A stretch of 63,927 bases of DNA, filler included, from Octopus bimaculoides (taxonomy: Eukaryota), in NCBI RefSeq assembly GCF_001194135.2. It is 6 parts of 6 records of this genome, joined end to end, with 100 filler letters (N's around TTAATTAATTAA, not from the genome) between each part and the next. Parts side by side here need not be neighbours in the genome. Positions count along the whole stretch, not along the records: positions 1 to 21,103 come from NC_068996.1; positions 21,204 to 36,781 come from NC_069002.1; 4 more parts are not named here. One strand, written 5' to 3'. The notes beneath the pieces are model-generated. The model ran no database searches, was not told the origin of the DNA, and saw only the letters and a list, made by a program, of their open reading frames with translations. Positions 12,047-23,804 of the stretch are shown here, piece by piece. Numbering within the stretch: position 1 is the stretch's first letter; each line of letters opens with the position of its first letter. The position numbers and the translations under genes were made by a program.

Positions 12047-12395
12047 GTGAATATCACCAGATGCCGAGATTATGAACTGACAATAAACGATCAACAACCA
12101 GAATCAACCGGTTCAGTTAACAAACCAATGTTATCAGCTGTAATCATGGAATGCAGAGGTGAGATATTTCAGTTTGGAAAACACCAGTGTGGCTAATACC
12201 CAGGCCAGATGTTTGAGTCAATGGCGAATATCCTTAGATGTCGAGTGGGTGAAGAGACAACAAACTGTCGATGGCCAGGATCAACCAGTTCAGTTAGTGG
12301 TGAGCTAATGCTTTTATATGTAGTCATGACATGCATAGATAAGATATTTCAGCCAAGAAAAGACCAGTATGGCTAATACCCAGGCCAGATATTCA
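12047..12395. repeat. Diverged ~180-bp tandem duplication (2 units)
   Basis: aatatc..agatg.cga at 12050/12227; tcaacc.gttcagtta at 12104/12281; ggctaatacccaggccagat at 12191/12371. Confidence 0.85.
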
Positions 12396-13582
12396 TGCCT
12401 CGTCATTTGATTGACATATTTGGCAAGTCACCCAACAAAGTAAAAAACAGAAAAGAAATACTGCTAAAGTCATAGGCTGCAATTTTTCAGTTCCATAAAG
12501 TATTGGACTACCAAATTTTACTTCAAAACTTCAATCCTGCCACAGGTGCTTTATCAAGTTTCTGGCAGTGAACACGTTATACTAGATTGACTCATTTCAC
12601 CTGTTTGCAAAGTATAAAGCACCAAATATATTCTCTTAAAGTTACCTGCCATAAATTAACATATTTCATAAAGGAGGTGCATGGAAGAGGATAGGAGTGC
12701 TGTCTCTTATCTACACTGTTCTAAAGATTTAGAGTAAAGAACTGCCTGTAAAGTGCACCCACCCACCTCAATAATCTAGTAATGCCTTTGAGATAAACAT
12801 GAGGAGGAGGGATAGAGGGAGAGATAAGGAGGAGGGAGAGAGGTGGGGAGGGAGAGAGGTGGGGAGGGTGGAGAGGGAGAGGTGAAGATGGAGAGAGGTG
12901 GGGNNNNNNNNNNNNNNNNNNNNNNNNNNNNNNNNNNNNNNNNNNNNNNNNNNNNNNNNNNNNNNNNNNNNNNNNNNNNNNNNNNNNNNNNNNNNNNNNN
13001 NNNNNNNNNNNNNNNNNNNNNNNNNNNNNNNNNNNNNNNNNNNNNNNNNNNNNNNNNNNNNNNNNNNNNNNNNNNNNNNNNNNNNNNNNNNNNNNNNNNN
13101 NNNNNNNNNNNNNNNNNNNNNNNNNNNNNNNNNNNNNNNNNNGGGGACGGAGAGGGGTGGGGACGGAGAGAGGTGAGGACGGAGTAGGCGGGAGAGAGAA
13201 AAATAATAGTGGAGTCTCTATTATTCCTTATGTTTTTATTTGTTTCAGTCATTGGGTTGTGGCCATGCTGGGGCTCTGCCTTGAAGAGTTTTAGCAAAAC
13301 AATTTGATCTCAGTTGTTTATTCTTTTATTTGTTTCACGCTCGAATGTTGTTTTTGCACGTGCCACTGGCACATGTGCCGGTAAGGTGACACTGGCAATG
13401 AACACACTTGAATGGTGCTTTCCATATGCCACTGGCATGGTGGTGGTGTTGAAGGAGATGATAATGATGATGATGTAGATGATGAAGAACATCCCCATTG
13501 GCTAGGCCCATGCACACTACATGACATATGGGACAATTCCCCAAAGATATATTGTGGTATCCAACAAAACAAAACAAAAACT

Positions 13583-13613
<31 letters not shown>

Positions 13614-13799
13614 GGGCAGCTCCATCTTCATTTCAAAGATGTATGCAAGAGAAGCATGAAATAACTGAATGTGAACCTTAAAAGCCACAGGTGATCACTA
13701 ACACAGTAGGGTAGAACTACATAGAAGTTCACTTATTAATGACTGGCCAGAACACAGTATTTTGTCTTGCAACTATAATATACTAAGAAATATATTAAA

Positions 13800-14620
13800 T
13801 GTGTAGCAAACTCATAAGAGGCGGAGAGAGAACGTAAGTTCGTTTGCCCGAACATGAGAAATTATTGATTTCTCATTGGTTAAAAATTACTGCCCATATA
13901 CGAATTATGAACTTCGTTGAAGAAATCTTTCACGGGGTTACGGTTCTCTGATTCGTGTATGAGTAGTTATAAAAACCCTGATTTTCGGCAAAATCTCCAG
14001 TGTTCGTTGGATTTTACACAAATCCGCGACACTCACTCTTTTCAGTATAGGCTAATATATATGCCATGTTCCATACTCAAATCCGACAATACTGAATTGT
14101 CGTGAAACCTTATTAGTTAGAATGAGAAACTAGTTAATGATAAATTTAAGTCGTAAATTCTCTACGATGAAATGCTTTGTTTCTAAATTTCTATAAATGT
14201 AAAAATATGTATATAATAAATTAATGAAGAAACTTAATTCCTTTTACTTCTCGTTTCTTTCAACTTGTTGAATTTATTTCTGTATATGAATGAAACAATA
14301 TTTTTTTATGTGTAACGGTCAAAAAAATATAATCTATATTTTCAACGTACGTGCACAGGATAAACGCTCACCCAGCGTTTTATCATGTATACATCATAAC
14401 ACAGCCTAAACTAAACTAAGAGTTATGCTTAGTGATAGATACTCATAATTAAGTTATAAGTAACGAAATTATCATTATAGCTTTTAATTAATAAACAATA
14501 AAATTCGTTATAACTTACGAATGAAAACATTATAAATAAAGATATAGTATATCTCACATTTCAACGACCTGTTGTTGTGATAAACAATCAACATAAAAAA
14601 ACTGGTGTCCGACCTGTTAT
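13800..14620. promoter_or_regulatory. Locally CpG-rich island, candidate promoter (possibly of CEP104)
   Basis: CG dinucleotides are frequent here but rare on both flanks; ATTGG (CCAAT) at 13875 and GC-box-like gaggcggag at ~13818. No TSS evidence. Confidence 0.3.
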
Positions 14621-15159
14621 ATTTCACATAAAAAATGTTTTTATAAGTCAGTACCATGTTCTACTGTGTTAGCAGTGCTCTTACATTATATGTTAAGGTT
14701 ATCTCTGTAGATTTTCTACAGAAATTATAGCCAGCACCGAATTTTGTTATGAGAAATTGGTATCTGAAATGTCAGATGTAAACAAACAATGCGATCAAAG
14801 ATCGAAAATGGGTAGTGGGGCATATACACCATATTTCAAAAGTAATGTAAAGAGATGCTGAGGCTTACTAGTGAAGGAAAAGGGCAAAAAGCACAAAAGC
14901 AATACTTTCACATAACTCTCCATCAAATACAGTGACTCCAGCTGGGACTGTCACTTTTATGTGCGCCTCTACAGATATAGTTGACAATGTTGATTTGTCA
15001 ACACAGGTTCTGGTAGGAGGGTTTTGGTAAAAATATGGTTCACAACTGTGGTCCATCCACATGTCTACAATGGCTGTAGAGGGCCGTGTAGAAGCGATCA
15101 TGCTAAGCAGTTTACCTGGTGTGCTAACAATTCAGCCAGCTCATTGCTTTACTTTAGTG

Positions 15160-15245
15160 GAGCCACATGGCCAAGTGGTTAGAGCGGCGGATTTGTGGTT
15201 GAGGGATCACAGGTTCAAATCTCAGACTGGGCAACGTGTGTGTTT
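15160..15245 (+). mobile_element. tRNA-like SINE head fragment
   Basis: tggccaagtggttagagcggcg...ggttcaaatctc A/B-box pattern followed by SINE body gtgtgtttatgag. Confidence 0.6.
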
Positions 15246-16060
15246 ATGAGTGAATGAAGCAAGGGAAAACCAGCTCTTACAAGCCAGGCTTAAGAAGGAA
15301 CAAACAACAACTGCTTTACTTTGGATAATTGATATTAAAGTGAACACAAGGAACAAGAAGCATATACAAATGAAACTGGGTAGAAGGTAAAAAAAAACAA
15401 AAAACAAACTAAGTCCTTGAAGATAATCATTATAAATTGTTACCATGGTTATTGGTCACCATTGGCAACGATTCCTTCTTTACTGCCTGATTTCTTCCTG
15501 GCTTCTTCCATAAAGAAAAGCCCTTTTCCAAAATGATTGTCTGTAATTCAGTTCTTCTTCCATCATTATTTCCAAGCAATGTACTTGAAGATAAGATGTT
15601 TCTTGCTTTGGTAAGAATACCCAACTTCTAGCTAAAGTACTTGATAAATGCTGATAAAATATTTGAAAGAGACTCTTCAATGCCATTTTTGAAGATGCAA
15701 AGATTTACTCTCTTAGCAATTTGTTGTGCTAAGTGAACAGCAGAAATAAAACAACCATATTCGGGAACTCGAAAGCCCTCCTGAATTTGAAAGTAATTAG
15801 TTGCCAATTAGCTACACTCTATTTTTTTACCACTTTATTATTCCTATATTTGTTTCAGTCACTGGACTGCAGCTATACTATGGTATCACCGTGAAGAGTT
15901 TAGCTGATCAAATAAATGCCAGTACTTATATAAAGTTTACCGCTTATTGATACTTATTCCATTGGTTTCTTTTTACTGGATAATCAAGCAGATAGATAAT
16001 CAATAACCAATAATCAAGCAATGAAAGACAAACACAAAAATAGACACCCATACAAACGCA

Positions 16061-16264
16061 TACGAGGAGGTACTAAAAAGTTCCTGGTTTAGGGGAAAAG
16101 AAAATACAGAAAGATCCGTTAATTATGATTCTATTCAACATATTCCTTTCTCAGTTTCAGACACTTATTGCAGCAGCCCTTCAGTTTTTCTAAGTTCAGT
16201 AAAAGAAGTCAGAAGGATGGGCCTCCAGCCAGGCCTTTTGCCAGGAACTTTTCAACCCCCCTTC

Positions 16265-16267
<3 letters not shown>
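16061..16267. mobile_element. ~205-bp mariner-type MITE, copy 1
   Basis: TIRs tacgaggaggtactaaaaagttcctgg ... ccaggaacttttcaaccccccttcgta, TA ends. Confidence 0.85.
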
Positions 16268-16334
<67 letters not shown>

Positions 16335-16382
16335 ATTGCCATTTCTTTTCCTTGTGTTTGTCCATCGCTTTTGGGGATTTAC

Positions 16383-16413
<31 letters not shown>

Positions 16414-16416
16414 GCA

Positions 16417-16621
16417 CACGAGGGGTTGGTGAAAAGTTCCTGGCTTTTGGTAAAAGAAAACAGAGGAGGATCCGTTAATTATGATTTTATTCAACATATT
16501 CCTTTCTCAGATTCACATACTTATTGCAGCAGTCCACTGTAAAGAAATTCAGAAGGTTGGGCCTCCAACCAAGCCTTTCGCAATACTCTTAAAGCCAGAA
16601 ACTTTTCAGTACCCCCTCATA
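16417..16621. mobile_element. ~205-bp mariner-type MITE, copy 2 (same orientation)
   Basis: TIRs cacgaggggttggtgaaaagttcctgg ... ccagaaacttttcagtaccccctcata; internal sequence collinear with copy 1. Confidence 0.85.
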
Positions 16622-16889
16622 TATACACACATACATAACACCCACACACACACAGAGTTGTGGTAGCAGAAGTGCATTTATAGGATAACTGCAAACTATC
16701 TCTTCAATAAGTTTCTGCACTTTTTCTGTCTAGCAAACTCCCTTTCAAGGTGTTGTGCCATGGGATTGAACTGAAAGAGACACATGTGTGAAGTGAACTC
16801 CTTAATACCTGCCCTCCCCCAAAGTAAATAAATAATGGCAAAAAAAAGAAAAGAAAAGAAAATACATCGACACCTCCCAACATGTTTAA

Positions 16890-18028
16890 CTGCACTTGTG
16901 TAAATGTTGCTTTGCTATTTGAACAACTGATAGGAAAATTCATAAGCTGCTGGCTTGTTATAAGATGCACTACCCAAGGTAGACATGGATCATCTTTACC
17001 TTCCCAGAGCACAAGAACATCGAGGCTTGATCCCATCTGAACTCTTTTTACAAAACCACCAGGATTGGACTGGCAAAATATCATGTAATGACTAACAACT
17101 GGATGCTAAAACACATTGAAAATTATGAGATGAAGAGCAAAAGATTTGCTATTGATTTCATGAATGATACTCAAACTGGACAGCCTGAAGGAAGTGTAGC
17201 AACTATTGTTTCAAAGAAAAGAAAATTAATGACAAAGAAATGCTAGAACAATTGGCTAAGTAGGTGGGAGCAGAAACTTCTGCATGACAAATATGTGTTC
17301 CATAGCAAACAAGCTGGTGTAGACCAGAAGCACACCCATCAGTGACTCCAAAGCTCAGGGCTAAAGGCAGAGAGTGAAGGCTTTATCTTAACTGCTCAAG
17401 ATCAGAGCTTATTGACACATAACTATCAAACCAATGTGATGAAAAATGGAATTGACTCAAAGTGCTGATTCTGCAATGATGAGATTGAAACAGTGGGCTT
17501 ATTAATCTCTGGATGTAAAGTTTTAGCACCAGTGGAGTATAAATGAAGACATGACAAGAGTTGGCCAATATCTAACTGGTTAATATGTCAGCATTATAAA
17601 ATTAAAACTGTATAGTCACTACCCCGAAGTTGTAACTGAGGGAAAAAATGTAATGATTCTTTGGGACTTCTTTGGAAGCATCAAAGCTAATAAACTGAAT
17701 ATTGTTGTAAAAGACCAAAATAATAAATTCCGTTTATTAATCAACATCAGTACCCCTTGCGATCATAAAATTTCAGCAAAAGATTTGACAAACTGAGAAA
17801 ATATAAAGATTGAAATCGAAAAAAAAATGTGGCATCTCAAGATAGTTACAACAACAGTGATTGTAGAAGCACAAGAAATGATGAAAAAAAGGAACTGAAA
17901 ATCTTTTGAGCATAATCTCTGGCTTACCATTCCTGCAAGAAGTGCAAAAGGTTGTTTTAAATGGCATGTAACATGTATTGAGAAGAGTATTGTTGCTGTA
18001 AGAATGATAACCTTCTGTGAAAAATTTT
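16890..18028 (+). mobile_element. Decayed R4/Dong-type non-LTR retrotransposon 3' part (RT tail, CCHC knuckle, RLE endonuclease)
   Basis: Broken frames give AQDQSLLTHNYQTNVMKNG, FCNDEIETV, HPEVVTEGKNVMILWDF, KMWHLK; inverse paralog of 42510-43982. Confidence 0.85.
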
Positions 18029-18390
18029 AGGTGCAGGAGTGGCTGTATGGTTCTGGGTTCAGTCCCACTGTATGCCACCTTGGGCAAGTGTCTTCTACTA
18101 TAGTCTTGGACTGACCAAAGTGTTGTGAGTGGAATTGGCAGTTAGAAACTAAATGAAGCCCATCATATGTGTATGTGTGTGTGTGTATGTATGTGTTTGT
18201 CCCCCACACCATCACTTAACAACCGATGTTGGTATGTTTACAACCTCATAACCTAGCAGTTCAGCAAAAGAGACCAATAGAATAAGTACCAGGCTTACAA
18301 AGAATAAGTCCAGGGATCGATTTGTTTGACTAAAGGCGGTGCTCCAGCATGGCCACAGTCAAATGACTGAAACAAGTTAAAGAATAAAAG
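18029..18390 (+). mobile_element. SINE family A copy
   Basis: Head, internal (TG)n/(TA)n and tail as at 7942. Confidence 0.9.
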
Positions 18391-18548
18391 TAAAAAACAA
18401 TATCTTTATTTGATCTTGTAAATGAACAATCTGGCATTTTTATTTTAATGTATACAGTGACTTTCTTTGCCCTAGGTGTCAGGAAGACAATTTTCAGGAT
18501 GACATTGGCAGAAAATGGAAACAAAATTGAAATAAAAAATAAATAATA

Positions 18549-18616
<68 letters not shown>

Positions 18617-18960
18617 GTTTCCCTAAAAGAAATGGAAAAACTTTCAAAATACAAAGACCTGGAAATAGAGGTAACTTGAATGGGGAATCTAAAAACAGAA
18701 ACAATTCCTATCATAGTAAGTGCCTTAGGTATAATAAAAAAATATTCAGACAAATACATAACAAAAACACCAGGACTTACAAATATATATAACATACAGA
18801 AAATTGCACTACTGGGCACAGCACACATCCTACGCAAAACACTTTCAATACAGTAACCATAAGAGCATCACAGCAAACAACAGCACATACCCAAGGCACA
18901 CAGAGCTGCGCTTGGTAGTGAAGTGAAAGCACGTTATAAAAATAAAACTACTGAACAATA
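18617..18960 (+). mobile_element. 5'-truncated R4/Dong-type LINE (tail family T2) inside (AAT)n
   Basis: NVSLKEMEKLSKYKDLEIEV...ETIPIIVSALG...QKIALLGTAHILRKTLSIQ*; (AAT)n on both sides. Confidence 0.85.
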
Positions 18961-18974
18961 ATAATAATAATAAT

Positions 18975-19390
18975 GTATCTGTCAAGACCTACCAAAAACT
19001 GGGCAAGTATAAAGATCTTGGAATAAAAAATGAAGACTAAAACAATGCCTGTTGTCATAGGTGCCCTAAGAATGATAGCAAAAGGGGCTGATTATTATCT
19101 AGCTCAGATACCAGGAAACCCAAAATGGCAGAAATTCAAAAGTGAGTGCTCATGGGAACTGCCCATATCCTACGTAAAATACTGTCTATGTAATCTCAAA
19201 TTTTAAAACAAACACATAATTTTCTTATGGTTTCTTAAACATTCTCTAAAACAACACTGTACGAATTCAAATATATGGTACCCTAGGCATAACACCTACA
19301 TGAGCTTCTAACTTGTTGTCTCTTGAAGTCTCTGGGTGAGACTTGGATCCAACTTGTACAAATGCAAAACAAAAGTCAAACATAAAATAA
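18975..19390 (+). mobile_element. 5'-truncated R4/Dong-type LINE (tail family T1) inside (AAT)n
   Basis: KLGKYKDLG...MPVVIGALRMI...LMGTAHILRKILSM*, then a 3'UTR matching 2605-2876 and (AAT)n. Confidence 0.85.
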
Positions 19391-19404
19391 TAATAATAAT
19401 AATA

Positions 19405-19615
19405 GGGATGCAGTACCAGGCAGTGGCTCTCATGGCTTCTGATCTTAACTGATTGGAAGTGTTATCATGTACATTGTTTTGTCTTGGTATAAAAAGATGG
19501 GCTACAGCAAATATTCTGCTCAATACCACAGATTTGCTTGTCAGTTGTTTGACCTTAACCAGTTGAGCATGTCCCTTGGTGGCTGACGTTATGTACATCT
19601 CTGATCATGAGCAGA
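19405..19615 (+). mobile_element. Family X element running into an N gap
   Basis: gatgcagtaccaggcagtggctctcatgg... directly after (AAT)n; reverse complement of 9060-9265. Confidence 0.85.
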
Positions 19616-20180
19616 NNNNNNNNNNNNNNNNNNNNNNNNNNNNNNNNNNNNNNNNNNNNNNNNNNNNNNNNNNNNNNNNNNNNNNNNNNNNNNNNNNNNN
19701 NNNNNNNNNNNNNNNNNNNNNNNNNNNNNNNNNNNNNNNNNNNNNNNNNNNNNNNNNNNNNNNNNNNNNNNNNNNNNNNNNNNNNNNNNNNNNNNNNNNN
19801 NNNNNNNNNNNNNNNNNNNNNNNNNNNNNNNNNNNNNNNNNNNNNNNNNNNNNNNNNNNNNNNNNNNNNNNNNNNNNNNNNNNNNNNNNNNNNNNNNNNN
19901 NNNNNNNNNNNNNNNNNNNNNNNNNNNNNNNNNNNNNNNNNNNNNNNNNNNNNNNNNNNNNNNNNNNNNNNNNNNNNNNNNNNNNNNNNNNNNNNNNNNN
20001 NNNNNNNNNNNNNNNNNNNNNNNNNNNNNNNNNNNNNNNNNNNNNNNNNNNNNNNNNNNNNNNNNNNNNNNNNNNNNNNNNNNNNNNNNNNNNNNNNNNN
20101 NNNNNNNNNNNNNNNNNNNNNNNNNNNNNNNNNNNNNNNNNNNNNNNNNNNCTATTAATAATAATAATAATAATAATAAT

Positions 20181-20440
20181 TCATTCGTTTTATTGGCCAC
20201 AAGGGCTAATATCAATTAAAAACATATAAGGACAAATACAGGACGAAGGTTACAAAAGGTTTTGTCCGAAAAGGTAGGAAAGTTTGTCTAAACAGAGGAA
20301 GAAAACGGAGACAGATATAATAAATAAATAGATAAATAAATAAGTAGAACTCCCAAAGGGGGAGGCGCTTCGAAAAAGGAAAGGTTACACGTGGAAAAAC
20401 CCATAAAACCACGGGAGCCTGGTCAGAAAAAAATAAGAAA
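20181..20440 (-). mobile_element. Probable LINE 3'UTR/tail with AATAAA
   Basis: Minus strand ends agcccttgtggccaataaaacgaat; similar ends at 61500-61545(-) and 7205-7238(+). No coding remnant seen. Confidence 0.35.
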
Positions 20441-20474
20441 GGGGTATAGAGCCCTTTCTCCTTTTACATTACCT

Positions 20475-20486
20475 TTTTTAATAATA

Positions 20487-20542
<56 letters not shown>

Positions 20543-20797
20543 GCAACAATAACAACAACAACAAATACAAATGTCAAAAGAAATTGAAACTTAGGCATGA
20601 CACGCCGTCGATTGACAACCACAAAGGCTTTTATTCAGAAAGTAGGTGTGAGTCTATAACAGAAGATTTTGTTTATTGCTTTTCTCTTGGAAACAGTGAC
20701 CATAACTAAGGTAATATCAGTCGTAAGTAGGTAAGGTATATCAAGAAACATGCCAAGACAAGCTTAGGTAGGAATAATGGTGACAATAACAATGATG

Positions 20798-20855
<58 letters not shown>

Positions 20856-20870
20856 CGATGATGATAATAA

Positions 20871-20917
<47 letters not shown>

Positions 20918-21000
20918 GTAATAATGATAATAATAATAACAATAACAACAACAACAATAACAATAATAATAACAATAATAATAATGATAATAATGTTTAC
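20475..21000. repeat. (AAT)n/(GAT)n/(AAC)n microsatellite blocks (20475-20565, 20775-21000)
   Basis: Directly visible. Confidence 0.9.
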
Positions 21001-21774
21001 ATGAATAAAATGACGGATTGATAAAAAAACATCAATTACCCCCATCAATATAGGAATATTTGACAACTCTCTTTCTCTGTCTCTCTGTCTCTCTCTCTCT
21101 CCCNNNNNNNNNNNNNNNNNNNNNNNNNNNNNNNNNNNNNNNNNNNNTTAATTAATTAANNNNNNNNNNNNNNNNNNNNNNNNNNNNNNNNNNNNNNNNN
21201 NNNCCATTCAGCCGATATACATTAAGTGCCGACTACATAAACAAACGATTCTGAAACAATTAACCCTAACCCTAATCCTAGGGTTAGGGTTAAAGCAAAT
21301 TTAAAATGAAAAAAGCAAATAAAACGAAGGTATGGAGATTAAATACGCTTTACATCGCTTAATCAGCCAAAGGAGTAAATGTAAACAACTGAATACTTGT
21401 CAGTGATTGGTTGAAATTATCGAAATAAGACAATTTTTTACATGAAATAAATTCGAATACAAAAATATTTTTCTGTTCTATAACACAAAATAGATAAGTA
21501 TACGAAGTTTGAAAGTCTTTCGGTACCAAAAACACTACGTAAAACATTAATGAAAATTGTGGCCCCCGTTTTAAAATAGATCCGGAGGTTGCCCTCAAAG
21601 TGCACAGACATCAGAGAAAAACCATTCATTTTTTTATATATCTATTTTACACGACCCATCATAAGACATGCAGTGCCTGTGTTTTATTTGAAATCCACCG
21701 TCATTTCTTGGTTGGTCGAAGGCAGAGAATCATCTACACTGGAAATCCTGCTCGACTGTTATTAACAGCATATC

Positions 21775-21936
21775 CAGAGCCGCCATAGCAGCATTGTGGG
21801 ACCTTGAGCAAATCATTCACTGGGCCCTCTAGGAATTTATTTATTGAAAGCAAGTCACAACATGCATAGATCTAAATTGAGTCTTTAGAACCATGGAACC
21901 CCTGAGCAACTACCCATATGCCTTAAAGCGGCTTTG
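21775..21936. mobile_element. ~165-bp MITE-like element with short TIRs
   Basis: cagagccgc...gcggctttg ends; inverted paralog at 31546-31716 shares gcaactaccc / aataaataaa / ttgtg.cttgc segments. Confidence 0.55.
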
Positions 21937-21991
21937 CGTATACTCCACCAAAGATACTCCAAGATTAGTGGTAGCGAATCAAACAACAAAT

Positions 21992-22104
21992 CAACCGAAT
22001 AACGAATCAGCTGAATAATGAATAAACCGAATAACGAATAAACCGAATACCGAATAAACCGAATAACGAATAAACCGAATAACGAATAAACCGAATAACG
22101 AATC
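21992..22104. repeat. 16-bp minisatellite (aaccgaataacgaata), ~7 units
   Basis: Directly visible, itself built from an 8-bp cgaata core. Confidence 0.9.
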
Positions 22105-23003
22105 AAAGCCTAGTGTACAACACAAGCGAATCCAAAGCGGCAATCTTTAGTTTTTCATCCGCGCTTCAGAAAGGCATAATCTCCCAAATTCCATTTTATA
22201 TATTCGAAATACTACACACAACCTATATATAACCTACAGCACGTTCACTAAACACATTTCACACTCGGTATATTTACATTTTTCCTTTAATAAATCGCAA
22301 GCTACACAGCATGCTTGTAAAAGAAAAACTCATTAATGTTATTCTTTCCCTAGCATCCGGAGACCTTTGTTTTTNNNNNNNNNNNNNNNNNNNNNNNNNN
22401 NNNNNNNNNNNNNNNNNNNNNNNNNNNNNNNNNNNNNNNNNNNNNNNNNNNNNNNNNNNNNNNNNNNNNNNNNNNNNNNNNNNNNNNNNNNNNNNNNNNN
22501 NNNNNNNNNNNNNNNNNNNNNNNNNNNNNNNNNNNNNNNNNNNNNNNNNNNNNNNNNNNNNNNNNNNNNNNNNNNNNNNNNNNNNNNNNNNNNNNNNNNN
22601 NNNNNNNNNNNNNNNNNNNNNNNNNNNNNNNNNNNNNNNNNNNNNNNNNNNNNNNNNNNNNNNNNNNNNNNNNNNNNNNNNNNNNNNNNNNNNNNNNNNN
22701 NNNNNNNNNNNNNNNNNNNNNNNNNNNNNNNNNNNNNNNNNNNNNNNNNNNNNNNNNNNNNNNNNNNNNNNNNNNNNNNNNNNNNNNNNNNNNNNNNNNN
22801 NNNNNNNNNNNNNNNNNNNNNNNNNNNNNNNNNNNNNNNNNNNNNNNNNNNNNNNNNNNNNNNNNNNNNNNNNNNNNNNNNNNNNNNNNNNNNNNNNNNN
22901 NNNNNNNNNNNNNNNNNNNNNNNNNNNNNNNNNNNNNNNNNNNNNNNNNNNNNNNNNNNNNNNNNNNNNNNNNNNNNNNNNNNNNNNNNNNNNNNNNNNN
23001 NNC

Positions 23004-23260
23004 GGAAAATGAAAGAAGCTCGTCGTATAAATATATATGTGTATGTGTGTGTGCATGTGTGTGCGTGTGTGTGTGTGTATGTGTGTGTATGTGTGCTTGT
23101 ATTCCATCGCTTGAGTACCGATGTGTGTGTGTTTACGTCCCCGTAACTTAGCGGTTCGGCAAAAGAAACCAATAAAATAAGTACAAAGAATAAGTCCTCG
23201 GGTCGATTTGTTCGACTAAAGGCGGTGCTCCAGCATGGCCGCAGTGAAATAACTGAAACA
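23004..23260 (+). mobile_element. SINE family A copy (head lost in gap), CpG-intact
   Basis: gaaagaagctcgtcg(ta)n...gtgtttacgtccccgtaacttagcggttcggc...ccagcatggccgcag. Confidence 0.88.
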
Positions 23261-23804
23261 CACAGCACGTGACCTATTGGTTAGGGTGTTCGTCTCATAA
23301 TCATAAAGAGGAAGGTTCAATTCTTGGGCCGGGCAACGTCTGTCCTTGAGTAATGCGTTTTATTTCACGTGATTTCACTCTACTCATCTGTAATAAATAC
23401 CCGCTGGGTGATTGTGCGGCCCTCCGTCCTCAACCATCTGGCACGTCCTAGATGCTCCGCAGTACCAAGAGTGTCTGTGTCTGCGCACGACAATAATGGC
23501 ACCTAAAACAATTAGTGAAAGCACGGTACATGTTAACAAGTCATGCTCTCTCGCGTGAGACGGCTAGTCATGCTTCATGGTATTTGTTCCAGCACTCTGA
23601 GCTCTGAGTTCAAATCCCAGGATTACAACTTTGCCTGTCATCTTTTCGGGCTCGATAAAAGTAAAGTACCAAAGAAGAACAGGAGTTGGTGGAACTGTGA
23701 GAACAGCAATCCGGATACCTCACGTTGCGAGTTTAAAGCCTCCCATGACGTACGTGGATTGTAGATTTAACCAAAAAATATATAAACAAATAAAACTTCC
23801 ACTC

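Noticed and set aside
12646-12745. Minus-strand segment with good acceptor and donor sites
   Set aside because: Stops in all three frames and not the CEP104 start exon; at most an untranslated exon.
14868-15101. 77-aa minus ORF and a signal-peptide-like MESYVKVLLLCFLPFSFT before a gtaag donor
   Set aside because: No recognisable homology, and nearby candidate acceptors give immediate stops; unsupported without RNA data.
19405-19615. Possible snRNA/tRNA origin of the family X 5' end
   Set aside because: By-eye comparison with recalled U2 and U4 sequences gave no convincing match, and no B box was seen.
21104-21203. TTAATTAATTAA embedded in N runs (also 36782-36881, 41110-41209, 57372-57471, 62613-62712)
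   Set aside because: Always N44+12 nt+N44 = 100 bp, and the 12-mer gives stops in all six frames. It is an artificial scaffolding linker, not a biological motif.
21992-22104. Regular short repeats as a CRISPR array
   Set aside because: No unique spacers, eukaryotic context, no cas genes.
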